From a virus, in the IMG/VR virus record IMGVR_UViG_3300032116_000161, positions 2,432 through 66,431 of that record: 64,000 nt of DNA; one strand, given 5' to 3'. The position numbers and the translations under genes are program-made. Below the pieces are notes generated by a model, which was given only the letters and a program-made list of their open reading frames with translations, searched no databases and was not told the DNA's origin. Shown here piece by piece: positions 18,588-26,242 of this stretch; within the stretch, counting starts at the first letter, position 1, and every line of letters begins with the position of its first letter.

Positions 18588-18609
18588 TGTTGTGTTTGAA
18601 TACCTGAAT

Positions 18610-18660
18610 ATTATAAGTGTTTGACTTTATGTAGTCAAGTGTGCCAGTCAGGAAACTGGC
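18610..18660 (-). promoter_or_regulatory. Sigma70 promoter with upstream palindrome
   Basis: GCCAGT-N6-ACTGGC, then TTGACT-17nt-TATAAT. Confidence 0.75.
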
Positions 18661-18663
18661 GAG

Positions 18664-18739
18664 TCCGGATATTCAGATTTGAACTGAAATTATTCCTGCT
18701 CCCAAAGCAGGTGCCATGACCAAGTTAGGCGATATCCGG
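18664..18739 (-). tRNA. tRNA-Pro(TGG)
   Basis: CCGGATA/TATCCGG acceptor stem, CCTGC-TTTGGGA-GCAGG anticodon arm, TTCAAAT T-loop. Confidence 0.9.
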
Positions 18740-18779
18740 TTGCGTTGAGTGGTTTTGCCTCCCAACAGAACTAATTATA

Positions 18780-18932
18780 CTACTTCTTGTGCCCCTTGTC
18801 AAATGGAGCCCAGTGCTGCCAGTTGTATTTGTGGACTGCCCACATACCCATAATGGGCACAACAATCAAGGCATAACACATAATGCCTAATACTACTTGA
18901 TTGTTAAGTGCTGCTGCTGCGAAGTGTCCCAT
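18780..18932 (-). CDS. Small single-TM protein (50 aa, MGHFAAAALNN...WQHWAPF)
   Basis: Manual translation; TAATG coupling. Confidence 0.7.
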   Translation of the reverse strand: MGHFAAAALNNQVVLGIMCYALIVVPIMGMWAVHKYNWQHWAPFDKGHKK

Positions 18933-19006
18933 TAGATTATAGACATAAAGAACAAGAAAAACCCAAATGCTATAAAGAACCCAAGAATTAAGAATTGTGA
19001 TCCCAT
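18932..19006 (-). CDS. 24-aa hydrophobic micro-protein MGSQFLILGFFIAFGFFLFFMSII
   Basis: Manual translation; GAGG/GGA upstream, coupled on both sides. Confidence 0.55.
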   Translation of the reverse strand: MGSQFLILGFFIAFGFFLFFMSII

Positions 19007-19007
19007 A

Positions 19008-19214
19008 TCAATTCCATTCCTCATAGTATCTTCTAAAATATGAATCAACCTTTTTTAGGTCATCCAAATGAATATCACAGGTGTAATTATTATCATCACA
19101 CCATTGTAGTGCCATCCAATGAAAATTTTCTTCTCTCATCACTCTCTCAATGCCATAACTTCTGGCAAAGGAAGACATAACAAAATTCCAACACTGACTA
19201 GTGTGCTGTTCCAT
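19008..19214 (-). CDS. Hypothetical protein (MEQHTSQCWNF...)
   Basis: Start reassigned to ATG 19214 (AAGGG RBS). Confidence 0.65.
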   Translation of the reverse strand: MEQHTSQCWNFVMSSFARSYGIERVMREENFHWMALQWCDDNNYTCDIHLDDLKKVDSYFRRYYEEWN

Positions 19215-19329
19215 TTCCCTTATAGTCGTCACTATCGTAATAACTTCCTTTCTTTGACCCAACATAAAGAGTAGCAACCACGAATGGAATTGCTAATACA
19301 ATCAAAAATCTACCAAGCAAATGTGCCAT
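19198..19329 (-). CDS. ndhP: NdhP homologue (photosynthetic NDH-1L small subunit)
   Basis: MAHLLGRFLIVLAIPFVVATLYVGSKKGSYYDSDDYKGNGTAH: one TM followed by the G.YD.D.Y.GNG.AH signature of cyanobacterial NdhP; GGAGG RBS. Confidence 0.85.
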   Translation of the reverse strand: MAHLLGRFLIVLAIPFVVATLYVGSKKGSYYDSDDYKGNGTAH

Positions 19330-19454
19330 TACATTCCTCCTCCGTTTTTAAATCCAATTAAGTAACCAATAATAAGTCCACACATAAATGCCACAAACAT
19401 ATAGAGCATATGTGAAAAGAAGTCAATAAAGATAAACCATTCTTCAGTCGTCAT
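19329..19454 (-). CDS. 41-aa single-TM protein
   Basis: MTTEEWFIFIDFFSHMLYMFVAFMCGLIIGYLIGFKNGGGM; TAATG coupling to ndhP. Confidence 0.65.
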   Translation of the reverse strand: MTTEEWFIFIDFFSHMLYMFVAFMCGLIIGYLIGFKNGGGM

Positions 19455-19629
19455 TTTCTTTCATTAACTCCTCTATACGCCTTCTCATATCAGTCATTTT
19501 TTTATTCTCACGCTCACAATGGCGATAACCACGCTGCCCCCTGAATATCATTGTGCCTTGATAAAACATTGTGGCAGCAAAAACCAATAGTAGGACTATG
19601 CCTATTATTTCAGGGTAATGTTGAGCCAT
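19444..19629 (-). CDS. Small single-TM protein
   Basis: N-terminal TM plus charged tail; overlaps neighbours. Confidence 0.65.
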   Translation of the reverse strand: MAQHYPEIIGIVLLLVFAATMFYQGTMIFRGQRGYRHCERENKKMTDMRRRIEELMKENDD

Positions 19630-19811
19630 GGCAGTAATGGTGGAATGACGCCTATGAGTCTTAAAAGTCCTTCAGCAAATAAAGCAAGAACCACCCAACC
19701 GACGCACATACTAATGATACTAGCATTACGGTTGTGTCGTCGTATTGCTGCATCTATCATCTCCTTTACTTCACTGCGAGTTACATAATCGTCATCAAAG
19801 GGTTCCATCAT
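19605..19811 (-). CDS. Small membrane protein (EMIDAAIRRHNR...)
   Basis: ATGA coupling, C-terminal TM. Confidence 0.7.
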   Translation of the reverse strand: MMEPFDDDYVTRSEVKEMIDAAIRRHNRNASIISMCVGWVVLALFAEGLLRLIGVIPPLLPWLNITLK

Positions 19812-19957
19812 TTCTCGTCTCCAAGAAACTTTGCCAGAGGGTCTCTTCTGGTCTTTACGATTTCAACTGCTCTCTTATAGAACATATTATCCATGTTCCC
19901 AGAGGCTTCAAAAGTCTCCTTGATCTTCACCCAGTTCTCGTAGGTGTGCTGATCCAT
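19808..19957 (-). CDS. Small hypothetical protein (49 aa, MDQHTYENWVKIKETFEASG...)
   Basis: Manual translation; first ORF after TTGACA promoter near 20005. Confidence 0.75.
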   Translation of the reverse strand: MDQHTYENWVKIKETFEASGNMDNMFYKRAVEIVKTRRDPLAKFLGDEK

Positions 19958-20064
19958 AGGGTTACGGTTGAATACTACTAGTTATGCTAGTCGGTAGTTT
20001 CAACTTGTCAAGTTTGTTAGGGTTTGATGATAGTGTTTAAGGAAATGTTAAATCTTAAATAAAA

Positions 20065-20149
20065 CGGAGAGAGTAGGATTCGAACCAACGGAAGCTTTCA
20101 CTTCGGCAGTTTTCAAGACTGCTGCCTTAAACCACTCGGCCATCTCTCC
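20065..20149 (-). tRNA. tRNA-Ser(TGA)
   Basis: GGAGAGA/TCTCTCC stem, GCAGT-CTTGAAA-ACTGC, long variable arm. Confidence 0.93.
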
Positions 20150-20176
20150 AATAAGAACATTATAATACAAAATGAA

Positions 20177-20659
20177 TCAAATGTCAACTACACAATCTTT
20201 TTTTACATCTATAAAAAGAAACTTCATCGGAGCATCAGAAAGATTTGCCCCTTCGTGTATATAGTCCATCACTTCATAGACCTTTGGAACTCCTTCTTCC
20301 CAAAAGACCTTTTCACCCTGCCAAATCATATAACACTTTTCTCTATCAGGTATCTCCAAAGGAATCTGAATTCTCTTATAAGGTTCCCGATAAATGTTTG
20401 GGTCTCTATGAGGTTTTAAAATTGTTCCCGAATCAAAAGAAGAATATCCCGAATAAAGAATATCAGTATTTTGATGAACCTTTACAACTTCATCCGTCAT
20501 CAATTTTTTTCTAATCGTTACTGCCTTACCAACACCCTTCAACCAATAGTGGTGAATATCAGTATTACAGTATCCTTCTGTCGTTGGTGCTTTTTTAGTT
20601 GGAAATTCAGTTTGTTTTGCCCATTCATAAAGAGATTGTAACTCAACTTTAGTGATCAT
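20177..20659 (-). CDS. Aspartyl/asparaginyl beta-hydroxylase-like 2OG-Fe(II) oxygenase
   Basis: LKPHRD, RIQIPL.IP, WEEG, IHEGAN, FLFIDV. Confidence 0.75.
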   Translation of the reverse strand: MITKVELQSLYEWAKQTEFPTKKAPTTEGYCNTDIHHYWLKGVGKAVTIRKKLMTDEVVKVHQNTDILYSGYSSFDSGTILKPHRDPNIYREPYKRIQIPLEIPDREKCYMIWQGEKVFWEEGVPKVYEVMDYIHEGANLSDAPMKFLFIDVKKDCVVDI

Positions 20660-20718
20660 TTACTTAACAATAATAGTGAGTTATAATAAATCATAATATA
20701 GAATAAAAGGAAAGTCAA

Positions 20719-21333
20719 GTGATTCTTCTGCCTCCAAAGAAAAGAACAGAATTTGAAAGACTTCTAAAAGAACTTGGATATAAAGATAGATCTCCAGTTC
20801 TACCAAAAGAAAAAAAGATAATGAAGCAAATCAATTATATGTGTAATGATGGTGCGATGGCAATCTATCTTTTCTTCATTCCGTATTATACCAAAAAAAG
20901 TTATCTTTGGTTAGAATATTTAGATTACCATAATTCACCAGACATAAAAGAAAGAATTGAATCTCTTGCCCAAAGAATTCATTATGATGAAAAAACAAAA
21001 CTTGCGGAAATTGGTTGGGAAGCAAAGTACACAAAACAACCTTATGACTTTTCTCTGGAAGATAGAAAGAAAGTATTTTTTAGTTTTCTTAAAGAAGCAC
21101 AATACTCATTACACAATGGATTTGATTCACTGAATATTAAACCAAATCCAGGAGACATACTTGTAGGTAAACCACAAGGAGTCAAGATCAATCAAGGTTT
21201 TACAGATTCATCAATTGAACTTGGCACAAGGCAAAGAGCACTTGTCGGAAAACGATTCGGTCTTGGAAATGTTTATGAAGATGGATTTCAATATGGTAAA
21301 TATGATGAGAACCTGAACATCATACCAATATGA
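20719..21333 (+). CDS. Unknown protein, paralogue 1
   Basis: GTG start with AAGGA RBS; full-length similarity to 21330-21893. Confidence 0.8.
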   Translation: MILLPPKKRTEFERLLKELGYKDRSPVLPKEKKIMKQINYMCNDGAMAIYLFFIPYYTKKSYLWLEYLDYHNSPDIKERIESLAQRIHYDEKTKLAEIGWEAKYTKQPYDFSLEDRKKVFFSFLKEAQYSLHNGFDSLNIKPNPGDILVGKPQGVKINQGFTDSSIELGTRQRALVGKRFGLGNVYEDGFQYGKYDENLNIIPI

Positions 21334-21893
21334 AAAAAGAATTTAAATCTATAATAACAGAACTGGGTATTGAATCATCTCAAAGAATATATGAATCACC
21401 AGACAAAATAACTGTTCGGATTCCAACAGATTATGATCACATCCTATTCTTGGGAGTTGTCTGTGTCATATACAAAAATAAGATGAGTTTTTTGTACAAA
21501 GACTTTGAGACTCATAGTGATTCAGAAAGAGTTTTAAACATCGCAAACAAACTTAACTTAAATACTTCTGGAAGAGCAATACGACCTGATTGGCAGATTC
21601 AACATTCAACAGACCCAAGATTCTTTACGACAGAAGACAATAAAAAAGTTTTGTCTTACTTCATAAATGGTATTAATAATGTTATTAGAAATGGTGATGG
21701 AATAATTACACCAAAACCAAATGATATTTTGATTGGTCTTCCTTGGGATGGATCTTTATTTACTAACATTCACCATCCAAATAATGCCAGAAAAAGATCT
21801 GCCCTAAACAAAAAGTTAGGATTTGGTGAAGTTGATCAATATAACTATCAATATGCAGTCTATGATAAGGACCTTAACCTAAACCCTATCTAA
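21330..21893 (+). CDS. Unknown protein, paralogue 2
   Basis: ATGA overlap; shared P.P.DIL.G.P, R.R.L..K.G.G and QY..YD..LN..PI motifs. Confidence 0.8.
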   Translation: MKKEFKSIITELGIESSQRIYESPDKITVRIPTDYDHILFLGVVCVIYKNKMSFLYKDFETHSDSERVLNIANKLNLNTSGRAIRPDWQIQHSTDPRFFTTEDNKKVLSYFINGINNVIRNGDGIITPKPNDILIGLPWDGSLFTNIHHPNNARKRSALNKKLGFGEVDQYNYQYAVYDKDLNLNPI

Positions 21894-22143
21894 TTTCAAA
21901 ATCAAGTCTTCTAACTTTTCTTTGGCGTCTTTCTTCCTGCCACATAATATCTTCTTGTGATAGGATATTCTTTTTATTTTTAGACTGATAAGAATTCAAC
22001 ATAACGACCTGTGATAAGTCAACTGCCGAAACCTTATCACCACGAATTGTTGCCATGTTGGGACAACCACATGTCACCGTTTTATTCTGATGCCCTTCTA
22101 ACTCCTTACCACAGGAGCGGCATCTTATTTTAATGTTTTCCAT
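21886..22143 (-). CDS. Small zinc-ribbon protein
   Basis: CRSC...CGC motif. Confidence 0.7.
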   Translation of the reverse strand: MENIKIRCRSCGKELEGHQNKTVTCGCPNMATIRGDKVSAVDLSQVVMLNSYQSKNKKNILSQEDIMWQEERRQRKVRRLDFEIR

Positions 22144-22156
22144 TTTCTATTAATAA

Positions 22157-22591
22157 TTATTCAGTAAATGATCTCAACATCCAAACAAACTTTCCATGTG
22201 CTTCGTTTAAATCATCAAGTAGATTAACAGTTCCTCTTGACTTTTGATTATCTGCTTCTACTGCAGCAGCATCAAGCATACTAATAATCTTCTTATGATC
22301 CTCAAGGAGATCACGAATCATTTCCATTTCGGAAAGATTGGATTTTGCTTCGGAGACACCAGAAACTTCTAGAACTCTTGACAATGAACTAATGGGTTTA
22401 ATTGACAAGAATCTCATGTGCTCTGATACACGATCAACCTCTTCTTGTATTTCCTGGTATTGCTCACCAAACAAATCATGGATCTGTTTAAAATCAGGTC
22501 CAACAATGTGCCAGTGATAAACCCAAGTTTTTTGGAACAGCAAGAAAAGAGATGCTTGTGTATCAGAAAGTAGTTTATATAGAGTTTCCAT
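22157..22591 (-). CDS. dps: Dps-family ferritin-like protein
   Basis: YHWHIVGPDF..IH.LF.EQY...D.VSE, WMLRS; start at METLY below a TATAAATA late promoter (22608-22615). Confidence 0.9.
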   Translation of the reverse strand: METLYKLLSDTQASLFLLFQKTWVYHWHIVGPDFKQIHDLFGEQYQEIQEEVDRVSEHMRFLSIKPISSLSRVLEVSGVSEAKSNLSEMEMIRDLLEDHKKIISMLDAAAVEADNQKSRGTVNLLDDLNEAHGKFVWMLRSFTE

Positions 22592-22616
22592 TATACTCTT
22601 TTTTGAGTATTTATAA

Positions 22617-22688
22617 TGGGCGATACTGGAATCGAACCAGTGACTTACCACTTGTAAGGAGGCCACTCTACCGCTGAGTTAATCGCCC
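22617..22688 (-). tRNA. tRNA-Val(TAC)
   Basis: GGGCGAT/ATCGCCC stem, CTTACAA loop, GGTTCGATTCC. Confidence 0.9.
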
Positions 22689-22855
22689 TTATGTACACAT
22701 TGTAGCATATACTCTACGGTTTTGGCAACATCTTCCATTGCTAACCGCAGGTCTTCTCTTTGTCCAGATTCTTGCCTACAAACAGGGCGTCGGTCATCAA
22801 CAAGAGTCCAACGCCACTGGTTCATATCAGCACAATACCAGAGATTAATTTTCAT
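22679..22855 (-). CDS. Hypothetical protein (58 aa, MKINLWYCADMNQWRWTL...)
   Basis: Manual translation; its stop codon lies inside tRNA-Val. Confidence 0.7.
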   Translation of the reverse strand: MKINLWYCADMNQWRWTLVDDRRPVCRQESGQREDLRLAMEDVAKTVEYMLQCVHKGD

Positions 22856-23048
22856 TCTTGTAATATTCCAGTTTGATCCAGTTTAAAAGAGCATAAGTTT
22901 CTGGTAGTTCTGACTTATGATCTTGGTAGTCAGTATCAGTTAACATATTCTCTTTTTCATAAAACTCAATTTCACTAGAAAGATAATCAATATAATGATT
23001 AATAGCAGTGATCGCAAGTTGCCTATCCCGTTGCGAAATAAGAGACAT
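22845..23048 (-). CDS. Hypothetical protein
   Basis: AGGAG RBS, downstream of a TTGACA promoter. Confidence 0.75.
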   Translation of the reverse strand: MSLISQRDRQLAITAINHYIDYLSSEIEFYEKENMLTDTDYQDHKSELPETYALLNWIKLEYYKNEN

Positions 23049-23129
23049 AAAACTCCTAACTCGTTAATGATACTACAATAAAAAAGGGGGTTTTGTCAAC
23101 CCCCATTGTTATATTATGTAGTTAAGTTA

Positions 23130-23504
23130 TCAGAAGGAATAACGGACCTTCAGTTCACCACCGAGAGCGAACACTTCACTATCAAAACCATACTCACCAG
23201 CAACTTTTGCTTTGCCAGTCAGGTTTCCAGCGATGGGGAAGTTCACACCAACTTCACCAACACCAACAGCTTCGTTGGTGCCACCATTGTTCCACTCATA
23301 ACCAGGACCGATTTCACCGAATACGGTTACACCACCAGTCTTCTGCTCATAACCAGCACGAAGTTCGGTTTGAGCACCGGTGAAATCACCACCATCGCTG
23401 ATAGTACCAGCAGCAGTGGTCTTGCTTTCAACATAAGGGCCAGCGAACGCAGCGGTGGCAAGGAAAGGAGCAGCAGCAACAGCTGCGATTGCGGATTTAA
23501 ACAT
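23130..23504 (-). CDS. Small outer-membrane beta-barrel protein with signal peptide
   Basis: Signal peptide MFKSAIAAVAAAPFLATAAFA, alternating beta strands, C-terminal VRYSF. Confidence 0.8.
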   Translation of the reverse strand: MFKSAIAAVAAAPFLATAAFAGPYVESKTTAAGTISDGGDFTGAQTELRAGYEQKTGGVTVFGEIGPGYEWNNGGTNEAVGVGEVGVNFPIAGNLTGKAKVAGEYGFDSEVFALGGELKVRYSF

Positions 23505-23675
23505 AATAGTACCTCTATATTTTCTCGCAGAGTTATACCTGCGGATGTAAGGAGAACCGACATTCTCCGTTTGATTCAGTGACTCAACGAGTATTTGAGG
23601 TCTTATCACCTGAATGTATGTATTTTAACATTCTCTTTAGATTTTTGTCAAGGGGGTGGAAAACCGAACTTTATA

Positions 23676-23747
23676 AGCGAAAGACGAGATTCGAACTCGC
23701 AACAACCTGCTTGGAAGGCAGGGACTCTACCGTTGAGTTACTTTCGC
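23676..23747 (-). tRNA. tRNA-Gly(TCC)
   Basis: GCGAAAG/CTTTCGC, CCTGC-CTTCCAA-GCAGG. Confidence 0.93.
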
Positions 23748-23820
23748 AGGCGGTGGGAGATTTCTCTCCCAAACACTACCCACACGGAAGGGATTATAAG
23801 ACGGAGTTTTATTTCCGTCA

Positions 23821-23892
23821 AGCCCCCGACTGGATTTGAACCAGCGACCAATGGTTTACAAAACCATTGCTCTACCACTGAGCTACAAGGGC
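23821..23892 (-). tRNA. tRNA-Thr(TGT)
   Basis: GCCCTTG/CGGGGGC, ATGGT-TTTGTAA-ACCAT. Confidence 0.93.
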
Positions 23893-23893
23893 G

Positions 23894-23968
23894 TGGCTCC
23901 GAGTGTCAGAATCGAACTGACCTATAACAAATTAACAGTTTGCTCCCGCACCTTGCGGGCTACTCGGA
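23894..23968 (-). tRNA. tRNA-Asn(GTT), encoded CCA, atypical D-arm
   Basis: TCCGAGT/ACTCGGA, GCAAA-CTGTTAA-TTTGT, GTCAG-TTCGATT-CTGAC. Confidence 0.8.
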
Positions 23969-23991
23969 ATAAGGAAACATAAAGTTTCCAA

Positions 23992-24063
23992 CAGGCTCAC
24001 TAGGAATCGAACCTAGAACAAGTGCTTAGAAGGCACGGGTTATATCCATTTAACTATGAGCCC
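23992..24063 (-). tRNA. tRNA-Arg(TCT)
   Basis: GGGCTCA/TGAGCCT, GTGC-CTTCTAA-GCAC. Confidence 0.92.
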
Positions 24064-24083
24064 CTGTTGACCTTCTTATTATA

Positions 24084-24488
24084 CTACTCCTTTGGGCAGT
24101 CGTCAACCCATACGGCACAGATTCTCATTTCTCCACCAAGCAGTCTCTGTGCCTCACTGCCGTCTGGTGGTTTCTCAACATACTTTTGTTTGTATTTTCT
24201 ATCATAATCGGAAATAATCCGATCATACTCGGGTGTGACCTCATCAATTGCTCTGGTTACATCTCTAATGACTCTTCTTTCAGTCTTCTCTGGGTCTTGG
24301 ATAATGAGTTCGTTGAGAATACCAAGTGGGAAATATTTTCTTTGTAACTCATCCAACATATCCCAGAGTTTTGTTTCACTGATTCCAGTAAATGTTGAAA
24401 GTGCTGCGATAAGAAGTGAAACGATAATACTGACTTTTATTATCTCTCGTTTATCTGGTTTTTTCTTACCAAACTGAAAGTTAATCAT
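24084..24488 (-). CDS. Membrane-anchored hypothetical protein
   Basis: N-terminal TM; ATAAATA upstream. Confidence 0.75.
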   Translation of the reverse strand: MINFQFGKKKPDKREIIKVSIIVSLLIAALSTFTGISETKLWDMLDELQRKYFPLGILNELIIQDPEKTERRVIRDVTRAIDEVTPEYDRIISDYDRKYKQKYVEKPPDGSEAQRLLGGEMRICAVWVDDCPKE

Positions 24489-24529
24489 AAGGGAGAGTAA
24501 GCAGCACTCTCCCTATTTATTCTATTGTA

Positions 24530-25171
24530 TCAAACCTCTACCTTGATCAGTCGGTTGGCATAATCATGAGCATACGAAGTGCGAGCACCATGATGCCCCC
24601 AACCAATCCAACTATACGCATAGTCCATGTAACGATTGATAGACTTACCAGGAGTTTTCATCCTGTCTTCAATTCGTTGCCATTGAACTTCAGTCGTCAG
24701 ATAACGAAGTTGCGTGTGTAAGTCTGATGGTTTCCCACCATACTTATTAGCAAAAGCACCCAATCCATAATAACGGTTGGCAGATGTCCATTGAATCAGT
24801 CCGTAACCGCCGCCGCAGTTACTCCAACTGGTTCTACTACCACCTTCACAAATGTTAGGAACAAAAGTTGATTCCTGTCTAATATTGCCCATGATGGTAG
24901 CAAGGGCGTTTCTGTCTTTAATACCACGATCCTGGAAGTATGCCAGGGTAGCATTCTCTTGTTCATTACACCCTTTACAAATTAACCTTGTCTCTTTAGG
25001 TTTTTCGGGAGCAACCTCTTTGGTCGCTGTCTTCTCATCTACAAGATTCAATTGTTCTGTTGTAAAAGGCGGGGGAGGTCCCTGCATCTTGTAGTTGACG
25101 AATGGCAGTGTTGCCGCATTGGTTGTAACCGTTGCCAGGAGAGGCAGGGCTACTGTAAAGAAATTTTGCAT
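24530..25171 (-). CDS. Exported lysozyme-like protein (phage tail lysozyme 2 family)
   Basis: Signal-like N-terminus; ALATIMGNIRQES, GYGLIQWT, QLRYL motifs. Confidence 0.75.
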   Translation of the reverse strand: MQNFFTVALPLLATVTTNAATLPFVNYKMQGPPPPFTTEQLNLVDEKTATKEVAPEKPKETRLICKGCNEQENATLAYFQDRGIKDRNALATIMGNIRQESTFVPNICEGGSRTSWSNCGGGYGLIQWTSANRYYGLGAFANKYGGKPSDLHTQLRYLTTEVQWQRIEDRMKTPGKSINRYMDYAYSWIGWGHHGARTSYAHDYANRLIKVEV

Positions 25172-25388
25172 TAACTCCGATTGAACTCTACATCCGAATA
25201 GAAGGGGGGTATACCACAACCATCTCTGGGGGCACCTTCCTCGGCTCTAAATGTCACTTCAATGACTCATAATAAAAAACCCAACTTTTGGTTGGGTCTA
25301 AACATAATAAGTTACTATTTAGATTTTGTCAAGGATTCAATTTTAAAAGTGGTCTCGCTAAATACTTTTAGTGTTTATCACAATTCAA

Positions 25389-25883
25389 ATGAAAAGACTA
25401 TTTCTAGCCTTTTCGTTATTCCTAACAAGTCCAGTCTTTGCAGGGGAAATCACCCATAAGATTGTTGATTCGGTACAACTGACTGTTGACGGTGCTGCTT
25501 CTGCCGCCACCAGAATCGGTTCTTCATATGCCGTAACTGGAAGCAACATTTCCGCCACAACTTTCGGTGGTCTTACTGCCCCCGCAAGTGCCACTGCTGC
25601 TGCGACTCAAATTCAAGGTGCTTATGATGTAAACACCGCTGGTCAAGCATTCAGTTTCTCTGAATCCTTTACTGTTGGTGATGCTGTTTCAAGTGGCACA
25701 ACTGTAACATCTGGTGTTGTTGGTTCTCTTCCTGCTTTTGGAAATGTAACAACTTCCTCTGGTGGTGTTGCTGGTTCCCTTGCTGGTTCTCTTTCTGGCA
25801 CTGGTGTTCCTACAGTCACTGCTGGTGGTGCTGGGACTCAAGCAGTTGGTCAAAGATCTATCGAGTTAAGCGTATTTAAATGA
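25389..25883 (+). CDS. Exported Ser/Thr/Gly-rich beta protein (trio gene 1)
   Basis: Signal peptide MKRLFLAFSLFLTSPVFA; CTAAATA late-type promoter at 25358-25364. Confidence 0.85.
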   Translation: MKRLFLAFSLFLTSPVFAGEITHKIVDSVQLTVDGAASAATRIGSSYAVTGSNISATTFGGLTAPASATAAATQIQGAYDVNTAGQAFSFSESFTVGDAVSSGTTVTSGVVGSLPAFGNVTTSSGGVAGSLAGSLSGTGVPTVTAGGAGTQAVGQRSIELSVFK

Positions 25884-26242
25884 GACTTATAACTCCCGTT
25901 TTGCTAGTAGCGGCGGGACTTATATCTCCCGCTCTAGCAGTGCCCGTTACGCCTAACTTTACCAGCGGCACAATGACTTCACACACGGAGTCCACAACAA
26001 CTGTAAATGAAACTATTCGCCAAATTGACTATCAAACAGGATGGAGTTACACAGTTACAGGGACAAACATCAATATTCCCGCAACACCACAAGTAGGAAC
26101 ACCTTATACCATTTATCAGAATGGTGCTCCATTCCAGTTCTCGGAAACTTATTCGGGTCCAGGAATGATAAAAGACACAACTGTGATTCGCAGTACATCC
26201 ATAATGTCTGTTACCGACACAACCTCCGTGTTTACCCAGTAA
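25880..26242 (+). CDS. Exported Thr-rich protein (trio gene 2)
   Basis: Signal peptide ending SPALA; ATGA coupling. Confidence 0.85.
   Translation: MRLITPVLLVAAGLISPALAVPVTPNFTSGTMTSHTESTTTVNETIRQIDYQTGWSYTVTGTNINIPATPQVGTPYTIYQNGAPFQFSETYSGPGMIKDTTVIRSTSIMSVTDTTSVFTQ

Noticed and set aside
19215-19277. Track extension of the 19008 ORF
   Set aside because: Overlaps ndhP in another frame
22592-22666. Dps N-terminal extension
   Set aside because: Runs through tRNA-Val and the late promoter
23579-24207. Plus-strand ORFs 23579-23839, 23595-23927 and 24022-24207
   Set aside because: Antisense to the tRNA cluster
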